Origin: Octopus sinensis
Taxonomy: Eukaryota
Assembly: GCF_006345805.1 (NCBI RefSeq)
Contig: NC_042997.1
Coordinates: 78,802,001-78,866,000, forward strand
Reading direction: 5' to 3'
Length of the DNA: 64,000 nucleotides
A program made the translations under genes and the position numbers. Numbering within the stretch: position 1 is the stretch's first letter; each line of letters opens with the position of its first letter. Below the pieces are notes generated by a model. It did no database searches, was not told the DNA's origin, and worked only from the letters and a program-made list of their open reading frames with translations. Of the stretch, positions 52,130-64,000 are shown piece by piece.

Positions 52130-52419
52130 CTGAAAATAATAATAGAATTGTTTTTTGGGGTATTTAAAGTAGCATGCTAAATACATTGTCAGGGATAAAT
52201 ATTAAATATGAAAGACAAACATGAAGAATGTAGACAAAAATATGTAATAGACAGTAGTTTTCAGCAGATGTAATTGTCTTCTGTAGCTTCAAGTCATTTA
52301 TTTATTTCAGATTGTTATATTTCGTTATATTGAAGTCATCTATATAACACACTTATTAGGAGTTACATGAATAGCTGAATTAGTTATTCCACCAACTTGA
52401 GGAGAAAGACTCTGTTAGG

Positions 52420-52800
52420 GGCCAGCAAAACTTGAAGTTGCACAGGATCCAAATCAAAATGTTTTGAATAATCTTGTTGAGTCTGGAAGTTGGGGCAGTA
52501 CCCATGGCTTTCACAAGACCTTCTGGACTAGTGCTTCAGATGATCCACTGTAGGTCGCAAGAGAGACAATGAGCAAGAATGGAAAAGACTAGATGTAGTG
52601 ATTAGTGAGCATTCTTGGTGGTTGAAAACATCAAGGGTGATGAGAAGAGGAGAGTTGAGTAGGACATGTATGTCTGAATCAAAGTGGGACAAGCCTAGCT
52701 AGCTCCAAGGAAGATAGTCCATTATAATAGAGGTAGAATAGGTAGAGAGAGAAGACAGTACACTTGAGGCCTGAGAAGAGACAGTGCACTGTAACAAAGT
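52420..52800 (-). mobile_element. decayed CR1/L2-like LINE 3' end
   Basis: Minus strand FSLYLFYLYYNGLSSLELARLVP...SSHHP resembles L2-like RT C-termini. Many stops. Confidence 0.45.
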
Positions 52801-52902
52801 CCCCAATGAAAGGCTAAGAATGACACATCTCTCTTATTTATTTGCACTAAAATGGGAAGGAGACATGTACATCCAGAATAATGTAGTCCTGCATTCATTA
52901 TA

Positions 52903-53390
52903 CAGGGTTATTCAAGAAGAATGAACCGATTTCATTATGCAATATTTTAATAAGGAAAAACAATAGGAAACTCCAGGTAAGTCACAAGTATTTACTCACA
53001 ATCAACTTTTATTTCCTGTCTTACAAGTGTTCGATGTGGCAACCACTTGCAGCATGGGCAACATCAATGCAATAAGAGAATTCCTCCCAGATGCATATCA
53101 GCATTCCAGAAGATATTGATATAGAAGGGAAATGGAAAAACTTTGATAAAGCATTCAACCAGACAGCCAAAGAAGTACTCAGTGGATCGTGATATGCTGA
53201 TACACGTCTGAGAGGAATTCTCTTATCGCATTTATGTTGCCCATGCTGCAGGTGGTGACCACATTGAACACTCATAAGACAGGGAATAAAAGTTGATTGT
53301 GAGTAAATACTTGTGACTTAGTTGGAGTTTTCTATTGCTTTATTAAAATATTGCATAATGAAATCAGTTCATTCTTTTTGAATAACCCTG
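52903..53390. mobile_element. fold-back MITE (Tc1/mariner-derived) with ~200-bp inverted arms
   Basis: TA|CAGGGTTATTCAAG...TTGAATAACCCTG|TA. Arms 52903-53103 / 53194-53390. The arms carry the transposase C-terminal '...GCHIEHL*'. Confidence 0.9.
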
Positions 53391-55050
53391 TACTGTAAAA
53401 TACAGGATGATCATGCCTAAACACCTTTCATCATAGATTTGCTCAATCAGGGCTGACCTGGTGCTATACAATATCTAAAATTGAATAAACTTTTTCACAT
53501 AAAACATTCCTCAACCCTTTTCTGGATGTGATCCAAGATGTCCATAAAGTTTGAACTTTCAATCCTGAACATAGCCAAGAAGCTGTTATCAATAAGGTAT
53601 AGAACTTTGGAGTGTAAATGAGGTGTGATAAATGTCCAAAAGTTGGAAATGATGTCAAGAATTTCAGAAGTGGCTCAATCTTTTCCAATCATGCAATGGG
53701 GAAAACAAATTGAAGAAAATTAATGCTAACATGCTCAACCTTTTGAGATCGCTGAACTTAAGTTGTTGGATAAAAATTGAAGAAGACGCACAAAATAGAA
53801 GTTGGCAAAATGCTTTATCAGAGATTGTGTCTCGAAACACATTGTGTTTGGAAGGGACTTTCCCCACACACACTTCATAAAAACTCACACACTTTATGTA
53901 TTCGCTTTGGTTATTTATCGTAATAATGTTTTAAAAAGGAACATGATAGCCATTGCCAGCCACAACAAGCAGATGAAATCACATCCCTGAGATTTGTACA
54001 CTGAAATACAGCAGACATCAATGATTATATAGTTGAATAATCTTTATATTAAAAAAATTCAATATCAAAATGCAAGGAGGTGAATCAAAAATAATGGCAG
54101 TGTTAGAAATAATATACACTAGCAAACGCAACCGTCCCTTGGACGGTTTAAGTTGCTTTCGTGGTATCTTTTTCACCAAATAATTGAAAATACCGAGAAG
54201 GTTTATGTGTAGCACAGCAATCTGTTTCCGATTAACCTAGGAACGGAAAATCAAATTAAAGGCTGGTTATTGTGGAGGTCATTGCACTTTTAATGATCAT
54301 AGAACATATAAGTTTGCAAGCGATGTAAAGTAGAGCTACTGAAGTGTTTTGGGAGTAGATTACAGATAATGACTACAAAATATAGTTGTTTTACATGAAA
54401 GCGAAATTTCTTGTCAGAAACAGCCACATAAATGGTGTGAGGAAATTGAAGGAAAATGTTGAAACTTCCCCTCTGCGAGTTTATGTTTTTCAAATGCAAA
54501 GGGAGCTATTTTTTCAGAGAGAAAAGCTTATAAAAGCCCCTTCATTCTATCTTCCCACATAGCATGCACATAAACTAACAACGAATGCTGCATAAAGTTA
54601 AACTGGTATGGAGCTTCCTGAAAGATACGTATAGCTTTTGCTAGTGGAAGCAAAACTCTTATTTAAAGGTTGATTCTTTGGGACGAACCATATGTGAGTG
54701 TTTAAAAAAGGCTAGAATGACAATACTAGAACGTATTTGAAACAATGGACAGTAGTCGAAATATCATAATGGATGGGTAAAGAAGCATCCTTAAAGTGAA
54801 ACAACGGTATCAAAGGCAAAAAAAAAAGGTATCAACAAACAGAAGAGAGGGAAGGGGACATCACCTTTCAAGTAACTCAGAATAGGTAATGGTAAGCTTG
54901 CCAAAGTTTAATGCACTTTCAATACGTAGATTAAGATAGTTTGGTATTGGATATTCATCATGTATACGTAGTTTTCCTAGTCAATTGAATTACCGTCGTA
55001 AGAGGACAGCAGAAATAAATAGACAAAATCCTTTCACGTTTATAAAAAGA

Positions 55051-55706
55051 TTAGTCACCGGCAGCTTGCTAGCGCTGTGGCTTAATAAGTTTATGCAGCT
55101 ATAAAAAAAAAATCGATAATGCTTTTGCAGCAAAGTTGCAGCTCACAGCGATGATGTCATTTGAAGCATTACGTGCCAGGAAAAATTCAACATTTTTGTT
55201 TCATTTTCAAACTTTTTCAACCTTAAAAGCAAAATTTTGCATCGACTAAAAATGTGCATTATAGCCCTTTTCAAGGGCTACATGCAGATGTAATTTTTTT
55301 CCTGAAAAGGCTTACAATGTGATCAGAAAAAAATTTAAAAGAAAATGAAGGCAAAAAGCACTTGTTTTTTCACAACGAAAAATCTTTGCCTAGTAGCTTG
55401 AATTTCGCAACAAAATGCATGATTATAAAGCACAACAGCCCAAAGCGCAAGCTGTTGGGCATTAGATGCCAATCGCGCCAATCTGGAGGGGCTTAGAGCC
55501 CCCTTGAAAAGATAAAAAAATCACTCTTCTCATCATAGCAACCGATCTTTCCAGATGGCGAGTTTTAACCTACTCAACTCTCTGCCTCATCACGCTTTCT
55601 ATGCCTGTGTCAATTTTCAGCTCGATCCGACCACTGGTCTGGCCGCCAACCTCTGACGTAGCAAAATGTGTACACAATTTTGACCCAAAGCTTCTATATA
55701 TATAGA
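55051..55706 (-). mobile_element. non-autonomous Helitron-like element
   Basis: Minus strand A|TCTATATATATAGAAGC...GC-rich hairpin...CTAA|T, i.e. TC/CTRR termini at an AT target. Confidence 0.55.
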
Positions 55707-55731
55707 TTAGATTAGTTATGAAAGTTGATCA

Positions 55732-56822
55732 AGTCGTCATTCAAAAGTGAACCATTCTGAAAGATGTTTTAGAACGTTCCAAAAACATTCATCTCCAGTT
55801 TTCCCATATTTTTCCCTCCAAAGAAACTCATCTAGATAGGATTCAATCATATTTGTATCAAACTTTTGAATCTACTTTTTGCATTTTTCCAGTAACATTC
55901 AACTGAGTTGGTATGTATGTTAGTTACTGGATCCACAAAGTTTTCTCTATGGTTCACTTTGAAATGTGAATACCGTAGTTCGATATCAATTTCAGCTATT
56001 CCATTGTATCCACTCCAACAATCAGAATGGATAGTCATTCCTGGTTTTATATACTTTTTGATAAGGGGGAGCAGAGTTTCAGAGGAACGATCATTCACAA
56101 ACACCAAAAATCCTATTTTGTCTTCTCTGTCCCATCCTCCTCTCCTGTGGTATTCTGCCTCTATTATACTTTCTTTTGCACATCAAAGATTCGTCTATTT
56201 CGACGATGTGCCCAACTCCTCCAACTTGGTAGGGATTACATACAAGATGGTGACTTGCTATGTCTCTCATGTATTGATACCAATGTATCACAGTTGCTTC
56301 TGAAAGACCTGCCACATCACATGAGATATTTATGGAGACTTTTCTGGACCATAAATACATCAGAAGAATAAAATCTTGGGAGTCATTTTCAGCTTTGTGT
56401 GTAGGGCATCAAAAAATCTTTCCTTCCTTATATTTTATCAGGCTCATCTCCTTATTACAAGAAGAGCATTTTGGTGTTATACAATTCAACACATTCTTCT
56501 CCTTGAGAAACAAATACACAGCATCAAAACTCTGAATGTGAGGCAAAATATCATAGATCATTTTGAATACACTGACTACTAGCTTGTCCAAAGAATTAAA
56601 TCAACTGTTTGGTTGACCTGGCTAGTGCAGATACACACATCAGATAGAGAGATATATCTGACCAAAGCTGATTCAAAAGTATGATGGGAGTTTGATACAA
56701 ATATGATTGAATCCCATCTAGATGAGATTCTTTGGAGGGAAAAATATGGGAAAACTAGAGCTGAATGTTTTCGGAACATTCTAAAACATCGTTCAGAATG
56801 GTTCACTTTTGAATTGACGACT
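55732..56822 (-). mobile_element. Merlin (IS1016/ISXO2-like) transposase, degenerate, with an inverted copy of its 3' end
   Basis: Zn-ribbon CSSCNKEM; GGVGHIVEIDESLMCKRKYNRGR; TIHSDCWSGY; VNHRENFVDPVTNIHTNSVECYW; YLDEFLWREKYG. 55732-55864 is mirrored at 56690-56822. Confidence 0.88.
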
Positions 56823-57169
56823 ACTTTTGAGTTAGTAAATAACATTTTATTTCATTATTTTCACTTTTCTTAATGACTATTTTTGAGTAAGATTTTATTT
56901 CAATTTCAAAATTTGATTTATCTTCATTCATTCAGTTGGTTGTTTGTTTAATAAGAAAGAGAGAGATCCCCCCCACCCTCTGATTTACAGTTTACACATA
57001 TTTATACATGTGGAAGGTTTTTTTATATAGTGCTGACTAGTCTACTGACTAGCATGTGTGCGTGTGGTGCATGCATCGGGTCCACTCTTCTTAAGTAATA
57101 CCAAATTAAGTACCAGTGGAACACTGTGATCAATGTAATTGACTAGTCTCTTCCCCAAAAAAATTTTAG

Positions 57170-57890
57170 GCCTTGTCTCCAATAGAAAGGATAATCAGTG
57201 CTACCGAGGGGCACTGCCTGTTCGAGATAAACTCTACCGGTACGGAAGTGCTGCCAACCGAAAGTGTACTCAGGACGACGAAACCGTTCTGCACGCACTC
57301 GTCCAGTATTGCTGACCTGTGGGTTTATGTCGAACAGCTACTGTCACTGAATCCATAGTGAAGATTGCACCGCTGACCTCCTTTAACTGGGAGTGCAAGG
57401 CAATTTTCCTTTGTCTAGTGGCTGTAGCGAAAGAGGTGGTATGGTGGACCTGTTTGAAAGGGCTGAAGTCAGACACTTTCCTATTTGGCCAAGGCCTCAT
57501 CAACTTTTTCAAGTTCTACTTGAAAAGGAAGATGAGAGTAGAGAGGGAAGTGCTGTCTTGTAGCAAATTTATTGAAAGGTGGGTGAATGCGAAGAAAATG
57601 GCCAGTATGAACAGACCAATTCTGAGATTACACTTGTAAAAAAGAAGGTAATATAAAAGGAGAAGGGGCTCTCTACCCCTTTTTGACCAGACTTCAGTGG
57701 CTTTTATGGGTTTTTTCACATGTACCCTTTCAAAGCGCCTCCCCCTATTGGGAGTTTTATTTGTTATATTTTTCGCTGTTCTTAATGTTTACAGGGACCT
57801 TTCTTTTTCGCAAAACCCTTTGTACTTTTCGTCATCTTTGTCCTTGCATGTTTTTTTTTTTTTTATGTTAGCCCTTGTGGCCTACAAACC
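57170..57890 (+). mobile_element. L1/Tx1-clade LINE 3' end
   Basis: LPVRDKLYRYG...DETVLHALVQ...FLCLVAVAKEVVWW...INFFKFYLKRKMRVER...RWV, followed by a T-rich UTR. Confidence 0.75.
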
Positions 57891-57919
57891 AGAATTTATT
57901 ATTATCATTATTACTATTA

Positions 57920-58385
57920 CTATGTGGCGGACAACAAAATCATTAGCACGCCTGGCCAAAATGCTTAGTGGTATTTCGACCATCTTCACGTTCTGAGTTC
58001 AAATTTCGCCGAGGTCGACTTTGTCTTTCATCCTATAGCAATCGATAAAATAAGTACTTGGACTTATTTTATCGATCACTAGGAGTTGAGGACTTGGGTC
58101 GATGTAATTGACTCATTCCCTTCCCTAAACTTGCTGGCCTTGCATCAAATTTTGAAATTATTATCATTTTGCAAGAATGTAAAACAATTGAATATTGGTT
58201 CCAAATTTTGGCACAAGACTAGCAATTTCGGGAGGGGCTGAAGTCGATTACATTGACCCTAATGCTCACCTGGTACTTCTTTTATCGATCCCGGCGGCAT
58301 TTGGGCATTGTACATAAAGCCAGAAGAAATGTTGCTATGCATTTTGTAGGTTACCGCGCCACTGCCAGCTCGCCGCCTTACATTT
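57920..58385. mobile_element. two SINE copies in opposite orientation (57920-58160 +, 58190-58385 -)
   Basis: B-box-like 'gagttcaaat' and 'gaggtcgactttg.ctttcatcc..tcgataaaataagtac'. Related fragments at ~37610, ~59430 and ~63250. Confidence 0.65.
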
Positions 58386-58603
58386 GAACAATTGTCTTAA
58401 TTGCGATATTATTTATAAGCCAACAAAAACGCGCGCACAAGGAGAAAAATACCTGTTCACAATTAACTAAGCAATATATACAATGTGCAACAATTTTATT
58501 CCATAAATATTTAGCATCCAAATTTTAAAATTATTGCAAAATGAATTATATAAATTTTAGCAATTAAAACTTAGAAAATTAATGCAAAACAAACAGCACT
58601 TAC

Positions 58604-58617
58604 CACACAACACCCAT
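58604..58617 (-). CDS. MED20: MED20 exon 1 (14-nt coding part, MGVVC)
   Basis: ATG GGT GTT GTG TG|GTAAGT. Phase 2 fits exon 2 and the sequence matches the known MGV.C N-terminus. Total CDS 621 nt = 206 aa. Confidence 0.85.
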
Positions 58618-59177
58618 GTATCTTGTTTCGATAACTGTAAACCGGGACAGTTCAAAATTTGAAGTTCATTAAAATAATTTCGGGGAATTATTATTTAGAT
58701 AATGTTTACTCGAATGCCTTGAACAATTAAAATGCAAGGAAAACAAGGATTTAAGATATATATGTTACTTTTAACATATTTTAAGCTATACTTTCTTTAA
58801 TTTTAAATTCAAATTATGAAAGCTATTGAGATTGCATCTAAAATTTAATCGTCGATGCTTGTAACGAAACTGCCGTAAGTCTTTATTTAACGTCTTATGT
58901 TTATTGACTATGTAAGTTCCGCATATAATAAATTAAGTTTTCTTTAAAGAATAGTAATTGAATACAAAATTATTTTATAATATTTATCATGTAATAATTT
59001 ATCATGAAATAATTGTTGGGAAAATACTTTTAAAATTTATTAATTAATTTTTTAAATACTACTCAGCAGAAAATAACTTATATCATGCGCATGTGTGCTT
59101 CATTAGGAATTGGCGGTGTTCCACTTTTACCGACTTTTGTGAATTTCGTGTCCAAATAACTATTTAAAACAGTAACC
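58618..59177. promoter_or_regulatory. probable bidirectional promoter between MED20 and a divergent gene
   Basis: 560 bp between two outward-facing ATG micro-exons, no recognised TE. NRF1-like TGCGCATG at 59086-59093. Confidence 0.55.
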
Positions 59178-59186
59178 ATGGCCGCG
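59178..59186 (+). CDS. probable 9-nt first coding exon (MAA) of an unidentified divergent gene
   Basis: accATGG Kozak context followed by GCG|GTAAGT consensus donor. No downstream exon was identified in the window. Confidence 0.55.
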
Positions 59187-60098
59187 GTAAGTATAAGCTT
59201 TATATAATTTTGATAATTAAACAATAAGGTTCTTATACATTTGAGAAAGTTTTTTTTATATATATCTTTACGGAATATTTGTGTTTGCCAAATTCTAGCC
59301 TTCCATCGTGTTCATTCAACACTATCTTTGTATGTCTCTTCACGAATTTAATATTTATGTTTACAGTATTTTTATATTGAATATTCTATTCCATATATGT
59401 GTATTACAAAGCTTAAAACTTAATAAAGATCGTTAATGGAGTCATTGAAAGCGGCGGTCAAAACACTGCGGTTTTAAGTTATATCCTTTTACGTTCTGAG
59501 TTCAAATCCTGCCGAAGTCGACATTAGCGTTGAACCTTCCAGGGTTCTGCACGCGTACAGAATAGCTTCGATAAAAATGATTGTACAATTTGGTGGATGA
59601 CAAAATATTCATATTCAACTAATAGAAACTGGATGATGACTATAAAGTTCCGCTGTCCAACATTAGCACAAGGGAAGAACTTTTTACCTCGTATATACAT
59701 TAAGGGTAATTGTTCAGTTTACATTCGTAAAATCAAAACGTGTTGTTGACAATATTGGTAACTTTGATTTTAGTTTCAGTTGTTTTTGTTTTTTCTCAGT
59801 TCTTGTTTATTTTACATCTTTTTTGAGACGTACTTTTAGCTGCAATGAAAGGAAAGAAGAAAGCAAGTAAGAAGTGATAGCTAAATAACCAGTCAGAAAT
59901 ACAGATTTATATGTGAGAGATACAAATAGATAGTTTTATAAGTTGAGTATATATTTCCTCCAAAGCGAAGCTAGAAATCAGTTGTAAATAACAGATAAAG
60001 CTGACGAGGGGTGACACGAGTGAGTAAAGTATCATACCGTGGTGTGTTAAGTTATGTCCCCTTACTTTTTTCACTAACCTAACCTGGACAATTACCTA

Positions 60099-62640
60099 CC
60101 CTCAGGGGTTGGAATAAGCAGGTGGGTTGGACATTTGCTTAAATTCTTATAAGCGGGTGGGTGGGAAATCGGTAATTGTACAGTGGTAACTATAAAATTT
60201 TAAAATTTTCAAAGTTGCCTCCTTTGATTTATTTTAAAACCAGTTATTTATTCTCGGGTTCCAAATAATAGTAGGGTACTGGAATAAGCCGGTGGGTTGG
60301 ATATTTACTTAAAGTCATATAAGCAGGTGAGTGGGGATCAGTAACTGTATAGTGTATGTACGAAAATTAGGAAGAAGGTATCTTAAAGCACATATAACGA
60401 CACAACGAAGCAAAATAAATTAAGAGGTAAGTGAAATTAGCACATACCTGTGCTTCAAACGTTCACTTTAGTTAAGATATACATTTGGATAATAAAATTA
60501 AGACATTTGTTAATTGTGGTAATTATGGGATTTTTTTTTTAATGCTGTGGACTAAACAGATATTGATACAAACAACATGTCTTAAAAAGAAAAGAAAAGT
60601 AAAACAATGAAATGAGTATAATTACCATTTCATGAACTTGCAGTATTTATTATACTATACATAATATAACAGCACTCTGTAAATAGGTAGATTATAGACT
60701 CGTGATTTTTTCGTCACTGTCCCTCTGCAGGTTTCTCGCTTTTGATATTCGCTTCTTTACAGATCGCCGAGCTTCACTGACAGTTGACATGAGTTTGCTT
60801 CGATATGGCAAGAAAAGTGTAGAGGTTTTGTTTTCATCCTTCTGTATTTTTTCAAGGAACAGGGCATCTTTATTACCCTGTTCATCACTACTGATTCGTG
60901 CAAGAGAGATAGAGCCTCCCGTCATCGTGTTTGACCGACCATGCTTTGGCTCCTGCGAAACCTCCATGGAGATTTCTCCGGGTGGGTCAATCACCACCAA
61001 AATATTCCCAGATGGCTCACTTTCAGCAGCTTTTTCCTCAATGCCGTCACTATCAAATAGTTTTGAGCTTTCAATATTGTTTGCAAGCTTAACCCCTTTT
61101 GGTGGAATTAAGTTCTTAACGACTCTGAATAGTATTTGGGCAGGGTTTTGACATCAACTATAGACGAAATTCTCGCATTGAGAGAACGATGAGGTGAATG
61201 ATTCAGTCTGACACCTTATAATCTTCAGAACCATCAAAAGCTTTTGTAGCCCACATCAACTTGAAAGCAGCTTTGACATCAATCTTGCAATCTGCATGTG
61301 CTTGATGTAGCATTTACATCATCTCAGATCGATTGGGCGTGAGTATTTTATTCAGAGTTTGAACTATCTTTTCTAGCATCTTTGCTTTCTCTATTTTGTG
61401 ATATTTTGCTTTCAGTTGTTTGTGCATATGCGTGTTATCAACTTGAACAAATCCAGTGATATCACTGTCAATGATGACCAGTGCATAACCCTTTTTCCAG
61501 AGGGTATCTCTCACCTCCAGCTTCAAATACACCATGTAATCACTGAGCACATAAATAGCAAAGTTTGCATGTGAAAACATTGAATCGGTTTGGAAGGTTT
61601 TTCAATAGTACAGAGCAGCTGTTCTAATCTATAAGAACCTTTAGGAAACCATTGATATTTCATTGTAGGCAGCGCATTCAGTAGTGGTGGTCTTTTTGCA
61701 GTTCCTTTAAATACAAACTCTGGGATAAGATTGATTTTGGTATCGTTGCTAATCTGGGTGAACACTGATATGTTCCCTAGACAAATGGTGGTTTTCTTTG
61801 ACGGACATATCTTGATTTCTGAAAGATAAGGTAGCTTGTCCGCTGCTTTCATTCCTTTGATAATTAGGATCTATTCCAAGTTTGTCAAGGAAATAACAAT
61901 GCACACTTCATATGTTCTTCAAATTATCCTGAATGCACTCAACACATTGCACTTTGGAGATTGAAATGCATTTGTTTGGAAATTTCAGTGATACCCTATA
62001 CTTTTTTTGCCAACCTTTCATCCAGCTTTTTGAAAAACAGTTTTTCATCAGTTGATGTGTCTGGGTGTTGGCAAATCCACTCCTCATAAAATTTCTCAGC
62101 CTATAATAGGAAAAGAGCTTGTGATAATCTCACATGCAGCAATGTTCTAACATTCACAAACCATTCAAACAAGGCATCTCTCACGCCTGGTGCTTTTGTT
62201 TTATGACCTTCTCCAGCGACTCTGAAACGTTTCTTTGGATTTATTTTCAGCGCTGTCAAGTTCAGCTTTCAAATACTTTTCATGGTAGCATTTGACTACT
62301 TTAACAGCAGAATCAAATGGTCAATCAGAGTTTTTGATACTGGCTAAATTCGATTAAAACAAATGAACTGCTTTGGCGAGACATCCCTGTTTCAGGGTGT
62401 TTGGGACATGGCGTTTCCTTTTAGCATCCCAATGAGTTTTCCCTTTCATTTGCTATAATTCAAAATCATATTCCTTTTTGCATTTATTCACCATGATAGC
62501 AAGTGCTTGCTTTTCTCCTATAGAATAATTTCCATGTCACATCATGGAATACTCTTTTCTGTTCCATGATGTTATGAAAAAAAGTTCAAAGAGAAATTAC
62601 TCATGTTGTTAAATCCTTATTCTGTAAAAAGCTTGTCCTG
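60099..62640 (-). mobile_element. pogo-like (DDE_1) transposon, degenerate, with long C-terminal extension
   Basis: HTH region (PGVRDALFEWFVNVR), KENHHLSREHISVFTQ, PEFVFKG, WFPKGSYRLEQ, ITGFVQVDNTHMHKQLKAKY, EARRSVKKRI. Duplicated subterminal repeats at ~60105-60190 and ~60275-60355. Boundaries approximate. Confidence 0.75.
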
Positions 62641-63051
62641 TAAGCATAAACTATTTATCATTGAAGTTCTTATTTTGCATGGAATTTGTGTTGATGATTG
62701 GTAGTGAAATCGATGAGAAATTGAAAATGATTTGTTGACTATAGTGTGGAATAGCAGTAAACTCTTGTGTATGTTACAGACTGGGGCAGTTGTCCAGCCT
62801 CAAGTTTTTATAAACTCTGGCTGGTTGTAAAGAATATTTTCTGACAATTTCCTTGTTTTCTATGTATCCTGAAGCAGGTGTCTTGTGTCTCGATATGATT
62901 GATCTTCTTAAGGTTGAAGGGGTTATCAATGCCCTGAAATGTTGAAGGCTGACGAGCAGGAATGTTGGCTACATATATTCTGTGAATAAATATTTTTCTT
63001 CTATGTGTTATGAAAACAAATAGAACACTCCAGGTTTTCTTCCAATTCCTG

Positions 63052-63053
<2 letters not shown>

Positions 63054-63086
<33 letters not shown>
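63054..63086. repeat. poly(T)33
   Basis: Direct reading. Confidence 0.9.
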
Positions 63087-63087
<1 letters not shown>

Positions 63088-63539
63088 GTCATGCTGATTC
63101 ACAATTTGTGTCAGTCAAAATAATAATGGATTCCCCAGGCTTTGCTTTGTACTAGTAATGGGAATCAGTTTAATCAACTTTCCCCTTCCCTTTAAATTGC
63201 TGGCCTTGTACCTAAGCATCAGGCAATGTTCCTTGAAGCATAGTTATGGCCCATTATGTTCTGAGTTCAATCGCGCTAAGGTTAGCTTTACCTTTCATCT
63301 CTTTGGGGTCAATAAAATAAAGCACCAGTAATGTATTGGTCCGCTTTAATCCACTTGTCCCTTTCCACAAATTGTTGACAGTGTGTCTAAATGAGAAATC
63401 ATTATTTAAAATTTTCTAGGCTATCACCCTTGATTTTTTTTCCTAAAACCGGAATTAGTTATTTAGTTTATATATCCTATTTATTTTATAACATGTGGCA
63501 TTACTTGTATTGTTCGTTTTTTTTTTGTCATATATATTC

Positions 63540-63910
63540 TATTCTTTTATTTGTTTCAGTCATTTGACTGTGGCCGTGCTGGAGTACTGCCTGTAGTCAA
63601 ACAAATCGCCCCCAGGACTTATTCTTTGTAAGCCTAGTACTTATCCTATCGGTCTCTTTTGCCAAACCGCTAAGTTACAGGGATGTAGGCACACCAACAT
63701 TGGTTGTCAAGCGATGATGGAGTGGGGTACAAACATACATATATATACGATGGGCTTCTTTCAGTTTCCATCTACCAAATCCACTTACATGGCTTTGGTC
63801 AGCCCGAGGCTATAGTAGAAGACACTGGCCCAAGGTTCCACGCAGTGGGACTAAACCTAGAACCATGTGGTTGGTATCAAGCTACTTACCACACAGCTAT
63901 GCCTGCACCT
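63540..63910 (-). mobile_element. intact copy of the bipartite tRNA-derived SINE
   Basis: Head (tRNA-like, 63725-63910), short microsatellite, tail (63540-63720). Reference for the other pieces. Confidence 0.85.
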
Positions 63911-64000
63911 ATATATAATATTTTTAATGTGAAATAAAATTTCACCATAGATAGATTAGCAAAATTTAATAAGTGGGGAGGGTTGGAGTAAAAGTTGCGG

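Noticed and set aside
53470-54010. Possible decayed DNA-transposon ORF (CDKCP…IVFGRDF)
   Set aside because: Many stops and frameshifts; no diagnostic motif could be confirmed by eye.
59840-59867. Exon-like 28-nt segment (tttag|…|gtaaga) as exon 2 of the MAA gene
   Set aside because: In phase 0 it gives CTG CAA TGA (stop), so it is incompatible with the 9-nt first exon.
60001-60050. CTGACGAG motif
   Set aside because: No stem II/GAAA/stem III arrangement downstream.
60702-61151. 149-aa plus-strand ORF, and similar ones at 3369-3755, 31633-31893 and 42896-43219
   Set aside because: Antisense shadows of transposase or RT coding sequence.

Overview
AT-rich, repeat-saturated animal genomic DNA. 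The SINE, LINE and microsatellite landscape suggests an octopod cephalopod (inference). Host genes: the last three coding exons of an SLC6 amino-acid/neurotransmitter transporter (+, 273-2936); a complete four-exon MED20 (-, 58617-45155, 206 aa); and a probable 9-nt first coding exon (MAA) of a divergent gene at 59178. The ~42 kb between the two convergent gene ends and the MED20 introns are filled with decayed or nested TEs: Tc1, mariner, maT/DD37D-like, two pogo-like, Merlin, Helitron pieces, CR1-like, RTE, Tx1/L1, a Penelope-like GIY-YIG fragment, tRNA-derived SINEs, and kilobase-scale (TA)n arrays. The most notable unannotated signal is a set of type I hammerhead-ribozyme folds read by eye from short non-coding Penelope-like termini. 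They fall into about nine sequence families (12 motifs). They include canonical motifs with palindromic stem III (23411-23487, 34957-35063), one inside a 503-bp partial tandem resembling a non-LTR retrozyme. They also include non-canonical core variants (G3-C8 swap; U at position 6) and pairs arranged as inverted repeats. All folds and translations were done by eye; none was computed or searched.
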